This document shows, piece after piece, positions 52,956-63,109 of a stretch of 64,000 nucleotides of DNA. The DNA comes from Gammaproteobacteria bacterium (GTDB lineage Bacteria > Pseudomonadota > Gammaproteobacteria > Pseudomonadales > Pseudohongiellaceae). The notes beneath the pieces are model-generated. The model was not told the origin of the DNA. It worked only from the letters and a program-made list of their open reading frames with translations, and did no database searches. The position numbers and the translations under genes were made by a program. The stretch covers positions 2,967-66,966 of the forward strand of contig CANGUU010000007.1 of the NCBI GenBank assembly GCA_947457195.1, written 5' to 3'. The number at the start of each line of letters is the position of its first letter. Positions within the stretch are counted from its first letter, which is position 1.

Positions 52956-55900
52956 TGGTCGCGGCTCAGGCGGCGGAAGTACTCGGCTACCGACTCCTGG
53001 TATTCGTCAGGTACGGCATCGCCCTGCGCCGTGCGTACGTTGGCCTTGCCCGGCTTGCCCTGCTGGTCGAGACCCACTTCGAGCTGCTCGATCAAGGCCA
53101 GCATCTCGCCATACTCCTGCGCGAGGATGCCGTCGTTGCGATTGGCCTGCTGGCCTTCCAGGCGCCGCAGCATCTCGTACATCTGGTTGAGTTCCTCGGG
53201 CGTGAGGTCGGCGGCCGACAGCGCCTGCCGTGCCTGCCGGGTGAAATCACCGAGGTTGTCGTAGAAGTTCTCCGGCAGGTTGATCGGCCCGTTGAACAGG
53301 CTGTCGCTGCCGTTCCAGTCGCGCGCACCGCCACGGAAACCTCCGCGGAAGGCGTCACCACCCCCACCCCCGCCGGTATTGGCCTGCTGGTTGCCGCCCT
53401 GCTGTGCGCCACCGGCCTGACCCTGTCCGGGTTGGCCCTGCTGGGCCTGGCCCTGTTGCTGGCCGCTGGGATCGGGCTGACCCTGGCCGGTGCCTTCCTG
53501 CGCGGTGCCGCCCTGCGCAAGTTGCCGCAGTTGCGCCCGCAGATCCTGTACCTGCTGCCGCGCACGGTCGAGATCGGTGGCGGCGCCGCGGCCGGCACTT
53601 TCCGCCAGCTGCTCGGCACGCTGCAGGCGTTCGCTGAGGCTGCGCATGCCGGCCGTCACCGCGCTTTCGTTGCCGGCAATGTAGAGACCGTAGCCCGCGT
53701 CGATATAGAGCGCAGCGTCGCTGATCGCCTGCTGGATTTCGCTTTGCGCCATGTCGTTGTTGGCGCGCTGCAGTTCATCGTTGGCCTGCGGCAGTTCTTT
53801 GCCGTAGTTGGCCATGGTGTTCATCATGTCTTGCTGCAGCTTCTGCAGGTCGGCCGACAAGTCGCGCTTGGCTTCGGCCAGCTGCATTTCTTCGGTGAGG
53901 CTCATGCCGCGGCTGTTGGCGTCGGTACCGGCCTCGCGCTCCTTCACGGCCTTTTCCATGGCCTGTGCCAGCTGCTGCTCCATGCGCTCCTGCTCGCGCA
54001 GCATGTCCTCGGCACGGCTTGCCATGCTCTGGAAGGCCTCCTGCATGCCGGCCACCTGGTCTTCGGCGATCTGGTCGCGGGCCTGCTGCAGTTGGCGGCT
54101 CGCCTCTTCGGCGGCGCGCTGCATCTCTTCCGGGCTGAGGTTGCCCTGCATGCCCTGTTGCGCCTGGTTCATGGCACGCAGTGCACTGTCCATGCGGCGC
54201 TGCAGTTCGCTCTGGGCGATCTGTTCACCGCCCTGCGACTGACCTTCGCCACCCTGTGCGGTCTGGCTGCCCTGCTGCCCGCCCTGGCCCGCCGAGCCTC
54301 CCTGGGCGGACTGGCCCTGCTGACCATCCTGCCCTTGCTGGCCCTGTTGCCCCTGCTGGCCGCCCTGACCTTGCTGACCCTGTTGACCCTGCTGCCCGTT
54401 CTGCGCCTGCTGCTGACGGGTGAGCTGCAGTTGCTGCAGCTGCTCACGCAGCTGCTCGGCTTCGCGGCGCAGCATTTCCTGCTGGTAGCGCTGGGCATCG
54501 GTGAGCTGCTGCTGGTTACGCAGGTTATTGGCCAGCTGCTGCTGACGCTGCGCCAGCTCGTCGAGCTGCTGCATGATGTCTTCGGCCTGCTGCTGTTGCT
54601 GCTGGGGACTGACGTTGTTGCCGGTTTCGTATTGATTGAGCGAGAGGTCCATTTCCAGCTCGAACATTTCCGCCAGATCCTGGCTGGAGCGGCCACCGCC
54701 GCCACCGCCACCGCCCTGCTGCTGCGACACCGTGATGTCGTTGAACACCGACTCGGCCCGCAGCAGCTGCTGCAGCGCCTCCTGCGCCGGCTGGATGGCT
54801 TCGTTGAGCTGTATGCCGGCCAATTGCTCGGACGCCGGGTACATGCTCTGTACGGCCAGATCCATGTGGGTGACGAATTCGCGGATCTGTTCGTCGTTGT
54901 CGAGGCCACGGGCGCGGGTGCGGTCAGCCAGCGTCTTGGCCTGCTCTGCCAGCGTGGTCTGCAGTTCGGAAAGCAGCTTGGAGTTGATCTCCACCTGACC
55001 CTTGGCGTCGCCCTCGCTCTGTTCGCGGATGAGGTTCCACGTGGAAACGATGATCTGGCGCTGGCGCTGGGAAATCTCGTCCTGCTGCTGGCCGCCCCCA
55101 CCGCCGCCTCCACCGCCACCGGACAGCTGCGACTGCGAGTAGCGCCGGTTGTACGGCTGCACCTGGATGAAGAACATGTCGGTGCGCACCACCTGACTGT
55201 GGTCGGTGGCTTCCGCGTAGTAGGAAATCAGGTCGCCCGGCTGCAGGGGCACGAGCTCCTCGGCGGGCTCGGCCGCGGCCACCGCAGCCTCGGCAGACTC
55301 GCCGGCCGCGGGCTCGGCCGCGTCGGCTTCGTCGTCCAGCACGATGTTGAACTGGCCGATCGCCGTACCGCCGCTCAGGCTCGGCGTGGGCTTGCCTCGC
55401 AGGCTTTCCAGCATGAACAGGTGTTCGGTGGTGATCTCGCGCGCGGGCTGCTCCAGCAGATCGACCTTCTGGAACTCTCCGCCGTTGACCGAGTATTGCA
55501 GCGCCAGCGTCTGCAGGCCGTAATCGTCCTTGGCCTCGATGCGCGTCAGCACTTCTTCGATGCTGCTGGCGTTGTAGTCACCGCCGGGCTTGACCACCTT
55601 CAATTCGGGCTTGCCATCTTCGGCGATGCGGATGAAGTAGTCGTCGGACAAGCGTACCTGCTCGCCACCAACGACTGCCGCCAGGTAGTACTCGCCCTCG
55701 GTGGTCACGGTGAAGCCGCTGCTGCCGACTGTGCCGGCCAGCTCCAGGTTCTGGGCACTGCCGTTCAGCACCAGCCGACCTTCGCTGAGCGGCGTGGTGG
55801 TGGTGATCTTGAGGTCGATGCGCGTTTCCGGCAGCGCCTCGATGTCACCGTCGTTGGACACCTCCGGTTCACGCGCCGTCCAGTCCGGGAAGGTGTAGGT

Positions 55901-56734
55901 GAGCTCGAGCGCCTCGATGCCCGGCACCTCCACTACGCTGATGCCGTACTCGGGGCTGCGGATACCGCCGGCGCTCACGTAGTACCGCGTGTCCTGCTGC
56001 AGCGAAAAGAAGGTGAATTCGAAACCCAGCGCACTCTCCACCATGTCGACGTCCTGCCAGTCGCCGCCGCTGTCCTGAATGTGGATCAGCGTCTCGTCGG
56101 GGTCGAAGCCCGCCATGACAGCCAACACTCGCACGTTGGTACCGCGCCGTACGCTCTGGTCGCCGGGCGTCACCGCAATGCTCTGCGGCGGCAGCAGATC
56201 ATCGACGGCCCAACCGGCCAGCAGGTTGCGCAGCGAGTAGTCGAGCAGACCGGGCCCGGCAATCAACAGGTACAGCAGCAGGGCAGCCGCCACACCGAGC
56301 ACACCGCCGGCGGTCTGCAGCTCCCGCGTGGGCACCACGGCGCCGGCCGGCTGGCGGGCGCTGATCTTCAGTGCATCTTCTGCGAGCAGGTCGAGGAAGG
56401 GATTGTTCTCGGCCTTCATCTGCAGGTAGGTCTGCACCCGGCCGTTGAACTCTGGCACCCGCTGCTCGACGAGGCCGCTCAGGCCTTCCTTGAGCTGCTG
56501 CAGCGGATCGGCCAGCGCGCGCACCGCCACACCAGCCACGGCCAGTACCAGCAGGATGCGGAACACGTTGGTGGTGGTGGCAGCGAAGCCGCTCTCGGCG
56601 GAAAACCAGGAGCCCACGCCACCGATCACCAGCACGACCAGTACCAGCGCGGCACTGCCGCGCAGCAGGGTGAGCCGGCGCAGGCGAGCACTGCAGTCGG
56701 CGAGATAGCGATCAAGTCTGTTGGTAGCGTTCAT
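52952..56734 (-). CDS. 1260-aa membrane-anchored Q/G-rich coiled-coil protein (DUF4175/TIGR02302-like)
   Basis: Three N-terminal hydrophobic segments are present (LLRGSAALVLVVLVIGGVGSWF, FRILLVLAVAGVAVRAL and GGVLGVAAALLLYLLIAGPGLL). A beta-rich region of about 350 aa follows, then long Gln/Glu/Ala coiled coils interrupted by poly-Gly (GGGGGGGGGG) and (GQQ)n tracts. The position after MoxR-DUF58-VWA genes matches what I recall for DUF4175-type proteins. Confidence 0.55.
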   Translation of the reverse strand: MNATNRLDRYLADCSARLRRLTLLRGSAALVLVVLVIGGVGSWFSAESGFAATTTNVFRILLVLAVAGVAVRALADPLQQLKEGLSGLVEQRVPEFNGRVQTYLQMKAENNPFLDLLAEDALKISARQPAGAVVPTRELQTAGGVLGVAAALLLYLLIAGPGLLDYSLRNLLAGWAVDDLLPPQSIAVTPGDQSVRRGTNVRVLAVMAGFDPDETLIHIQDSGGDWQDVDMVESALGFEFTFFSLQQDTRYYVSAGGIRSPEYGISVVEVPGIEALELTYTFPDWTAREPEVSNDGDIEALPETRIDLKITTTTPLSEGRLVLNGSAQNLELAGTVGSSGFTVTTEGEYYLAAVVGGEQVRLSDDYFIRIAEDGKPELKVVKPGGDYNASSIEEVLTRIEAKDDYGLQTLALQYSVNGGEFQKVDLLEQPAREITTEHLFMLESLRGKPTPSLSGGTAIGQFNIVLDDEADAAEPAAGESAEAAVAAAEPAEELVPLQPGDLISYYAEATDHSQVVRTDMFFIQVQPYNRRYSQSQLSGGGGGGGGGGQQQDEISQRQRQIIVSTWNLIREQSEGDAKGQVEINSKLLSELQTTLAEQAKTLADRTRARGLDNDEQIREFVTHMDLAVQSMYPASEQLAGIQLNEAIQPAQEALQQLLRAESVFNDITVSQQQGGGGGGGGRSSQDLAEMFELEMDLSLNQYETGNNVSPQQQQQQAEDIMQQLDELAQRQQQLANNLRNQQQLTDAQRYQQEMLRREAEQLREQLQQLQLTRQQQAQNGQQGQQGQQGQGGQQGQQGQQGQDGQQGQSAQGGSAGQGGQQGSQTAQGGEGQSQGGEQIAQSELQRRMDSALRAMNQAQQGMQGNLSPEEMQRAAEEASRQLQQARDQIAEDQVAGMQEAFQSMASRAEDMLREQERMEQQLAQAMEKAVKEREAGTDANSRGMSLTEEMQLAEAKRDLSADLQKLQQDMMNTMANYGKELPQANDELQRANNDMAQSEIQQAISDAALYIDAGYGLYIAGNESAVTAGMRSLSERLQRAEQLAESAGRGAATDLDRARQQVQDLRAQLRQLAQGGTAQEGTGQGQPDPSGQQQGQAQQGQPGQGQAGGAQQGGNQQANTGGGGGGDAFRGGFRGGARDWNGSDSLFNGPINLPENFYDNLGDFTRQARQALSAADLTPEELNQMYEMLRRLEGQQANRNDGILAQEYGEMLALIEQLEVGLDQQGKPGKANVRTAQGDAVPDEYQESVAEYFRRLSRDQ
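54235..54415 (-). repeat. Coding low-complexity tract (GQQ/GGQ)n within the 1260-aa gene
   Basis: It translates to QQAQNGQQGQQGQQGQGGQQGQQGQQGQDGQQGQSAQGGSAGQGGQQGSQTAQGGEGQSQGGEQ. The DNA shows imperfect 9-bp periodic ctg-ccc/ctg-acc units. Confidence 0.75.
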
Positions 56735-56749
56735 GCATACCTCCGGGCA

Positions 56750-58768
56750 TCAGAAGGTGCCTGTCTTGAGATTCAGATAACGGGCGCTGAGCAGTGATTC
56801 GGCGAGCAGGAACAGCGCCATCAGCAGCAGGAAGGCGCGCCACAGTTCGATTTCTTCGGCATCGTCACGGCGCTGCTCGGCCAGCGCCATGTCGGTGGCC
56901 ACCTCTGCAGAGCCGGCCGCGGAGCGAATGCCGCTTTGCCAGTTGGCCAGCGTATCGGCGCTCATCTGGCCAAGGTCGGACTCACGCTGGTCCGGGTTGA
57001 CGGCGACCAGCACTTCGCCTGCGGGCGTGAAGACCTGGTAGTACCCGGTGAGCTGCAGCCTGACTTCCTGCGCCTCGGTGGTGTCCTGCAGCGACAGCAG
57101 GCTCTGGCCATTGGGGTCGATGACCTGGCCGGAGGCCCCGCCGCTCTGGTTGAGTTGCAGGTAACTGTCGGCCGTCTGGGCCCGCACCAGCAGTTTTTCG
57201 TCGGACAGGTACTGGGCGGCCTCGGCCATGAAGCTCACGAATACCGGCTTCACCGGCAGGTCGGCACTGCTGTTGTCGAGCGCCGCCGTGAACAGCAGCA
57301 CGCGGCCCGCGCCGAGGCTGCGCTCGAGCAGCACCGGAATCTGGCCTTCCTGGGTGATCAGCAGTCGATCCTCTGCCGCCGGCGTGACCTTGAGCGGATG
57401 TACGTTGACGTTGGCCCAGCCGCTGCCATCGCGCAGCGCCGGATGGCTGATGTCGATCTGGGCGATCGGGACCGGCGCCGCGTCGTTGCCCGGCCCCGCC
57501 GCGCTGACGCCGAGCCCGAGCAGCGGCAGCGCGGAAAGGCCGGCACTCTGGGGTCCCAGCGCGGCAAATACCGCCCCACCCCCGCGGACGTAGTCGGTGA
57601 GTGCCCCTGCCAGTGCGCCGTCGACGGCACCGAGATCATCGATGATCACCCAGGGGTAACGCGGCAGGATGCGCGCATCGACGTCGTCGATCAGCGTGGG
57701 CTCGGCCGCGTAGCCGCGGGGCGCCGTGGCGAGGGCGGCGCTGAGGTAGGTCACGCCAAGCGATGCGGGATCGGTGGTCAGTAGCAGCACCGGCGCCGGT
57801 GGCGAGTTGTCGAATACCGTGTAGCGCACATCGTCGTCGGGCAGGGTGTCGGTCGGTTGCAGGGCAACATCCACGCGGTTGTCGCCGGCGGCGAACGCCG
57901 CGCCCTCGAAGACCAGTTGGGCGACACCGTTGACGTCGGCCGGCACGGGCTGCGTGAGTTGCGCCACGCCGTTGACGCTGAGGGTGGCTTCGCGCTCGCC
58001 GGCGGCGAGCGCACCGTTGCTCACGCGGACGCTGACCAGCACGCGATCGCGGCTGTCGACCGACACGCTTTCTACGCTGGCATTGCGAACGGCAGTATCG
58101 ACCACCGGCTGCAGATCGAGCGTGACAGGCAGGCCGTTGACGACGTCCGGAATCATGTCGGCGAAGCGTATGGCCTGACCGGTCAGCTGCAGATCGCTGA
58201 CGAGGTGAAGGCTCACCGGCGCCGGGCTCTGTTCGAGCAGTGGATCGAGCGCCGCCACCATGGCACCGAAGTCGAGGCGGCCATTGTCGGCGGCCAGTGT
58301 GCCGAGCAGTTCCCGTACGTCGTCGGCATCGGAGGTGGGCTCCACCAGCGTGGCGACGGTGGTGCTGGCGCTGTAGAGACTCACACTGTCATCGCTGCCC
58401 ATGGCATCGAGCAGGGCGGCAACGCGCTCCCGCGCCGCGGCCATGCGACCGCCTTCCCGCATCGAAAACGAGGTATCCACCACGATGACGTGGTGCAGGC
58501 TGTCACTGCCGGCGGCCAGGGCATCCGGGTCTTGCAGCAGGATGGGCCGGGAAAAGGCGATGGCAAGCAGCGCAAGGAAGGCCATTCGCAGTGCCATCAG
58601 CAGGAGGTAACGCAGTTTGCGCTGCACATGGATGCGCTTCCGCGACGGTTCGAGGAAGCGGGTGGTGGCAAACTTCTCCCGTTCGGTGGTCTGCATCTCC
58701 AGGCGGTGCAGCCACCAGGGCAGGGCGAGACCGAGCAGCCCGAGCAGGAACAGTGGCGCTATCAGCAT
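56750..58768 (-). CDS. BatA-N-terminal-domain / VWA-like membrane protein
   Basis: 672 aa. The N-terminal double-TM motif is MLIAPLFLLGLLGLALPWWLHR...LLLMALRMAFLALLAIAFSRPIL. The MIDAS-like motif is VVDTSFSM (DxSxS). A C-terminal TM is present (WRAFLLLMALFLLAESLL). Confidence 0.65.
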   Translation of the reverse strand: MLIAPLFLLGLLGLALPWWLHRLEMQTTEREKFATTRFLEPSRKRIHVQRKLRYLLLMALRMAFLALLAIAFSRPILLQDPDALAAGSDSLHHVIVVDTSFSMREGGRMAAARERVAALLDAMGSDDSVSLYSASTTVATLVEPTSDADDVRELLGTLAADNGRLDFGAMVAALDPLLEQSPAPVSLHLVSDLQLTGQAIRFADMIPDVVNGLPVTLDLQPVVDTAVRNASVESVSVDSRDRVLVSVRVSNGALAAGEREATLSVNGVAQLTQPVPADVNGVAQLVFEGAAFAAGDNRVDVALQPTDTLPDDDVRYTVFDNSPPAPVLLLTTDPASLGVTYLSAALATAPRGYAAEPTLIDDVDARILPRYPWVIIDDLGAVDGALAGALTDYVRGGGAVFAALGPQSAGLSALPLLGLGVSAAGPGNDAAPVPIAQIDISHPALRDGSGWANVNVHPLKVTPAAEDRLLITQEGQIPVLLERSLGAGRVLLFTAALDNSSADLPVKPVFVSFMAEAAQYLSDEKLLVRAQTADSYLQLNQSGGASGQVIDPNGQSLLSLQDTTEAQEVRLQLTGYYQVFTPAGEVLVAVNPDQRESDLGQMSADTLANWQSGIRSAAGSAEVATDMALAEQRRDDAEEIELWRAFLLLMALFLLAESLLSARYLNLKTGTF

Positions 58769-58787
58769 GCTGGCGTCCTCGACCGGT

Positions 58788-59695
58788 TCATCCGCGCTTC
58801 TCCCGGAAGGTCAGGTAGCTGTGTAGGGCCTTGTCGAGCGGCTCGCTGGTGTTGATCAGCACATGGTCGCAGTTGATGCCGCTGGCCGCGCTCTGGATGG
58901 CGGCAATGTGGGCGGCGATGCGCTCCCGGTACTCGCGCTGCATGAAGGTGGGCGACACTTCGACGGCCTGGCCGGTTTCCATGTCTTCGTACAGTGTGGA
59001 CTGCTTGATGTCGGGGGCGATCTCGCCGGCATCGAGCAAGTGGAACAGGATGACGTCCTGACCCTGCACCGCGAGAGGCCTGACGTTGTCGAGCAGTTCC
59101 TGCGTGTCGCAGTAGAAGTCCGAGATGACTGCCACCAACCCACGGCGCCGGATGTGTTCGTGGAAGCGCGTCATCGGCTTGTGGATGGCCGTGCCTTTCT
59201 GTGCCTCGGCGTGGTCGAGAGTATGGATGACCCCCTGCAGCGACCCGCTGCGCGAGGTTGGCGGTCGGTAGGACAGCACCTCGTCGGCGAACACCATCAC
59301 GCCGACGGCGTCGTGCTGGCGGGAGGCCAGATAGGCCAGCGAGGCGGCCAGGTACTTGCCCACCTGCAGCTTGCTCACACCGCGGCTGCCGTAGCCCATG
59401 GAGGCGGAGCTGTCGAGCATGATGAGCAGATGGCTGTTGGTTTCGCCGAGGAAGCGCTTGATGTAGGTCTTGTCGGTGCGCGCGTAGACGTTCCAGTCGA
59501 TGTAGCGTGGATCGTCCCCTTCGCCATAGGCGCGGTACTCCACGAACTCCTGGCTGAAGCCGAACTTCGGCGAGCGGTGCAGGCCGATCACGAAGCCTTC
59601 GACCACGGCCTTCGCCACCAGTTCGAGATTCGCCAGCGACGCCAGGACCTTGGGGTCCAGCAGCCGCATGGGATTGTTGTGGGCGCTGGCGCTCA

Positions 59696-59699
<4 letters not shown>
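58788..59699 (-). CDS. DUF58-domain protein (VWA-like partner of MoxR)
   Basis: 303 aa. Motifs are GLHRSPKFGFSQEFVEYRAYGEGDDPRYIDWNVYARTDKTYIKRF and LIMLDSSASMGYGS. The start overlaps the MoxR stop by 4 nt. Confidence 0.85.
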
Positions 59700-60727
<1,028 letters not shown>

Positions 60728-60763
60728 GGGCTTTTCCTGTGGGTCGGTGGACTGGTGAGCGGT

Positions 60764-63109
60764 TCATGGGGCACTCGCAGCGGCGTCGGCAGCGGTACTG
60801 CGGCTCAGCTTCAGCAGCAGCGCCTGCGCCTCCCGGTAGGTTGGGGCGATGTCGATTGCCTGCATCAGGTACTGCATGGCGGAGTCGCGATCACTCAGCG
60901 CGTCGAAGGCGGTGGCGATCTTGAGATTGGCTTGCGCCTGATCAGGCGGGTTCAGGGCCAGCAGCACCTGATACTCCCGCAGTGCCAGTGCCGGATCGTC
61001 ATGGGCCAGATACAGGTCGCCGAGCTTGAGGTGCAGTTCCTGCGAGAACGGGTCGGCCCAGACCACATCCTTCAGCACCTCGAAGGCCTGCTCGCTGTTG
61101 CCGCGCGCGGTGTAGCCCTCGGCCAGTGTCAGCAGCGGCCGCGGGGCATAGCCGCCTTTCTGCCAGAAGGTTTCCAGGGTCCTGAATTCGTTGTCGGTGT
61201 CATCGAGGCGGCTGTAGGCCCGCGCGAGCGCGACATAGGGACTGTCGGGCTCGACGTAGTCGGGGAAGGCGACCACGCCACGTTGCCCGGCAGCAACGGC
61301 GCTCTGCCAGTCCTCTGCTTCCAGGGCCTCGAAGGCGGCCTTCTGATCCGCCTGCCAGCCCGGCAGGTTGCGCAGCAGCTTGCCGTACTCGATGTCGATG
61401 AATTCCTTGAACTGCTTGTCGAAGGTGTCCGTGTCGATGCCGAGAACCTCCGGCATGGCCACGTCCAGCGGCTTGCCGTCGCGGAAGTAGTACAGCATGT
61501 CCACGATCTTCTCGACGCCGTACTCGAGGGCGATGAAGTCCATGATCAGGCCGCCCTGCATGTAGGAAACGATCACCTGATCCTCGTAGGAGGGTCGCAT
61601 GAACCCGTCATCCATGCTCGCCACCGGCAGGAACTTGCCCTCGCTCATGGCCTGGTAGACGTTGAGGGGGATCTTGCGGCCCGGCGTCGGTCCGCTGCGC
61701 CATTCCTCGAACACGGCGATGCCTTCGGTATACCAGCGCGGTACCAGATGGTTGCTGGCCTCGACGGTATAGACGTGGGCCATTTCATGCCAGAGCGTGG
61801 TGCCCCAGTGGTAGGCCTCACCACGCGGGTGGGCGGTCGGTGAATCCATGGCCAGCAGGTAACCGAAGGTGACACCAAGCAGGCCGACACCGGGCATACC
61901 GATGGAGCGGACGATGAAGTCCTCGTGGTTGGGATAGACCTCGATCACCACCGGCTCGCGGGCCGTGAAGCGGTAGCGTTCGCCGTAATGGCGCATGCTG
62001 GCTTCGGTGAGTTCCCGCACGTAGTCCTTGAGAACGTCGGATTCCTTCTTGTCGAGGCGCAGGCTGAGCGCGGGGAAAGGTCCCTCGGGCGGGTCGGGAA
62101 AGTTGAACACTTCCATGTCGTTGACGAACACCTGCAGCATGCGCATCAGATTGGTGGCGGTGGGGTTGAAGGCGTCGCCGGCGTAGGACGTCTCGATGTG
62201 ATCCACACCCTTGGTGACCTGATTCAGCCGCAGGTAGTTCTGGCCGAGTTCGAGGTGGGCCTGCCAGTGCTTCGGTTCGAGGGCCACTGCTTTTTCGTAG
62301 AAATCGCCGGACTCCCGGTAGCGGCGCGTGATCATGGCGTAGTAGCCGGGAATGGCCCAGGCATCGCCGTAGGCTGGATTTTCGGCCAGGGCGCGGTCCA
62401 CGAAGCGCTGGTAAGGCTGCAGTTGCATGAAGGCCTTGGCCGCTTCCAGCGCGTGCAGTTCCAGCTGACTGAGGCCACCTTCCTCGGCCACGCGACGCGC
62501 CTCGGGCAGAATCTCGTCGGCCTTGTCGAACTCGTCGTCGCGCAGGGCGTTGTGCAGCAGCATCAAGAGGCCGCGCAGGCGGGCCCCGGCGGGCGCTAGC
62601 CCGTTTTCCACCACGGACGCCAGCAAACCGTTGATTTCTTCGGGGTCGCCATTGCCCTCGGCGGCGGCTTCGGCCGCACCGATCTTCGCCCAGGCGGAGT
62701 CGGCGTCGATGGCGAGCGCTTCGTTGAACAGCTTGTAGGCTTCGTCGTACTGGTAAGTGCGCCTGAACAACTCGCCCCAGCGGATGCGCAGCAGGGCATT
62801 TTGCGGTTCGGCATTGACGGCCTGCTGAAACAGGCCGTTGGCCGCCTGCAGGTCGCCGAGCGCCCAGACGGCCTCGGCGCGAATACCGAGGGAGCCGGCG
62901 CTGCCCGACAGACTGCGGTAGCAGCCTTCGGCCGCCGCCGTCTCGCCCCGCCAGTACTGTTGTTCGCAGGCCAGCAGGCCCGGATCGTCCAGCACCCCGT
63001 AGAGCGGCTCGCGCGCCTGCAGGTCGGCGGCTGCGGGGGCGAGCAGCAGGCCGAGCCGTGCGATCCGCAGCAGGCGCGGCAACTTCCGCCGTCTACTGCC
63101 CAAGGCCAC
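60764..63109 (-). CDS. Secreted TPR-repeat protein with central HEXXH gluzincin (peptidase-MA-like) domain
   Basis: 781 aa with a GTG start at 63109 and signal-like segment LPRLLRIARLGLLLAPAAADLQA. There are N- and C-terminal TPR stretches. The central motif is WHEMAHVYTVEASNHLVPRWYTEGIAVFEEW, that is HEXXH plus a downstream Glu. Confidence 0.6.
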   Translation of the reverse strand: MALGSRRRKLPRLLRIARLGLLLAPAAADLQAREPLYGVLDDPGLLACEQQYWRGETAAAEGCYRSLSGSAGSLGIRAEAVWALGDLQAANGLFQQAVNAEPQNALLRIRWGELFRRTYQYDEAYKLFNEALAIDADSAWAKIGAAEAAAEGNGDPEEINGLLASVVENGLAPAGARLRGLLMLLHNALRDDEFDKADEILPEARRVAEEGGLSQLELHALEAAKAFMQLQPYQRFVDRALAENPAYGDAWAIPGYYAMITRRYRESGDFYEKAVALEPKHWQAHLELGQNYLRLNQVTKGVDHIETSYAGDAFNPTATNLMRMLQVFVNDMEVFNFPDPPEGPFPALSLRLDKKESDVLKDYVRELTEASMRHYGERYRFTAREPVVIEVYPNHEDFIVRSIGMPGVGLLGVTFGYLLAMDSPTAHPRGEAYHWGTTLWHEMAHVYTVEASNHLVPRWYTEGIAVFEEWRSGPTPGRKIPLNVYQAMSEGKFLPVASMDDGFMRPSYEDQVIVSYMQGGLIMDFIALEYGVEKIVDMLYYFRDGKPLDVAMPEVLGIDTDTFDKQFKEFIDIEYGKLLRNLPGWQADQKAAFEALEAEDWQSAVAAGQRGVVAFPDYVEPDSPYVALARAYSRLDDTDNEFRTLETFWQKGGYAPRPLLTLAEGYTARGNSEQAFEVLKDVVWADPFSQELHLKLGDLYLAHDDPALALREYQVLLALNPPDQAQANLKIATAFDALSDRDSAMQYLMQAIDIAPTYREAQALLLKLSRSTAADAAASAP

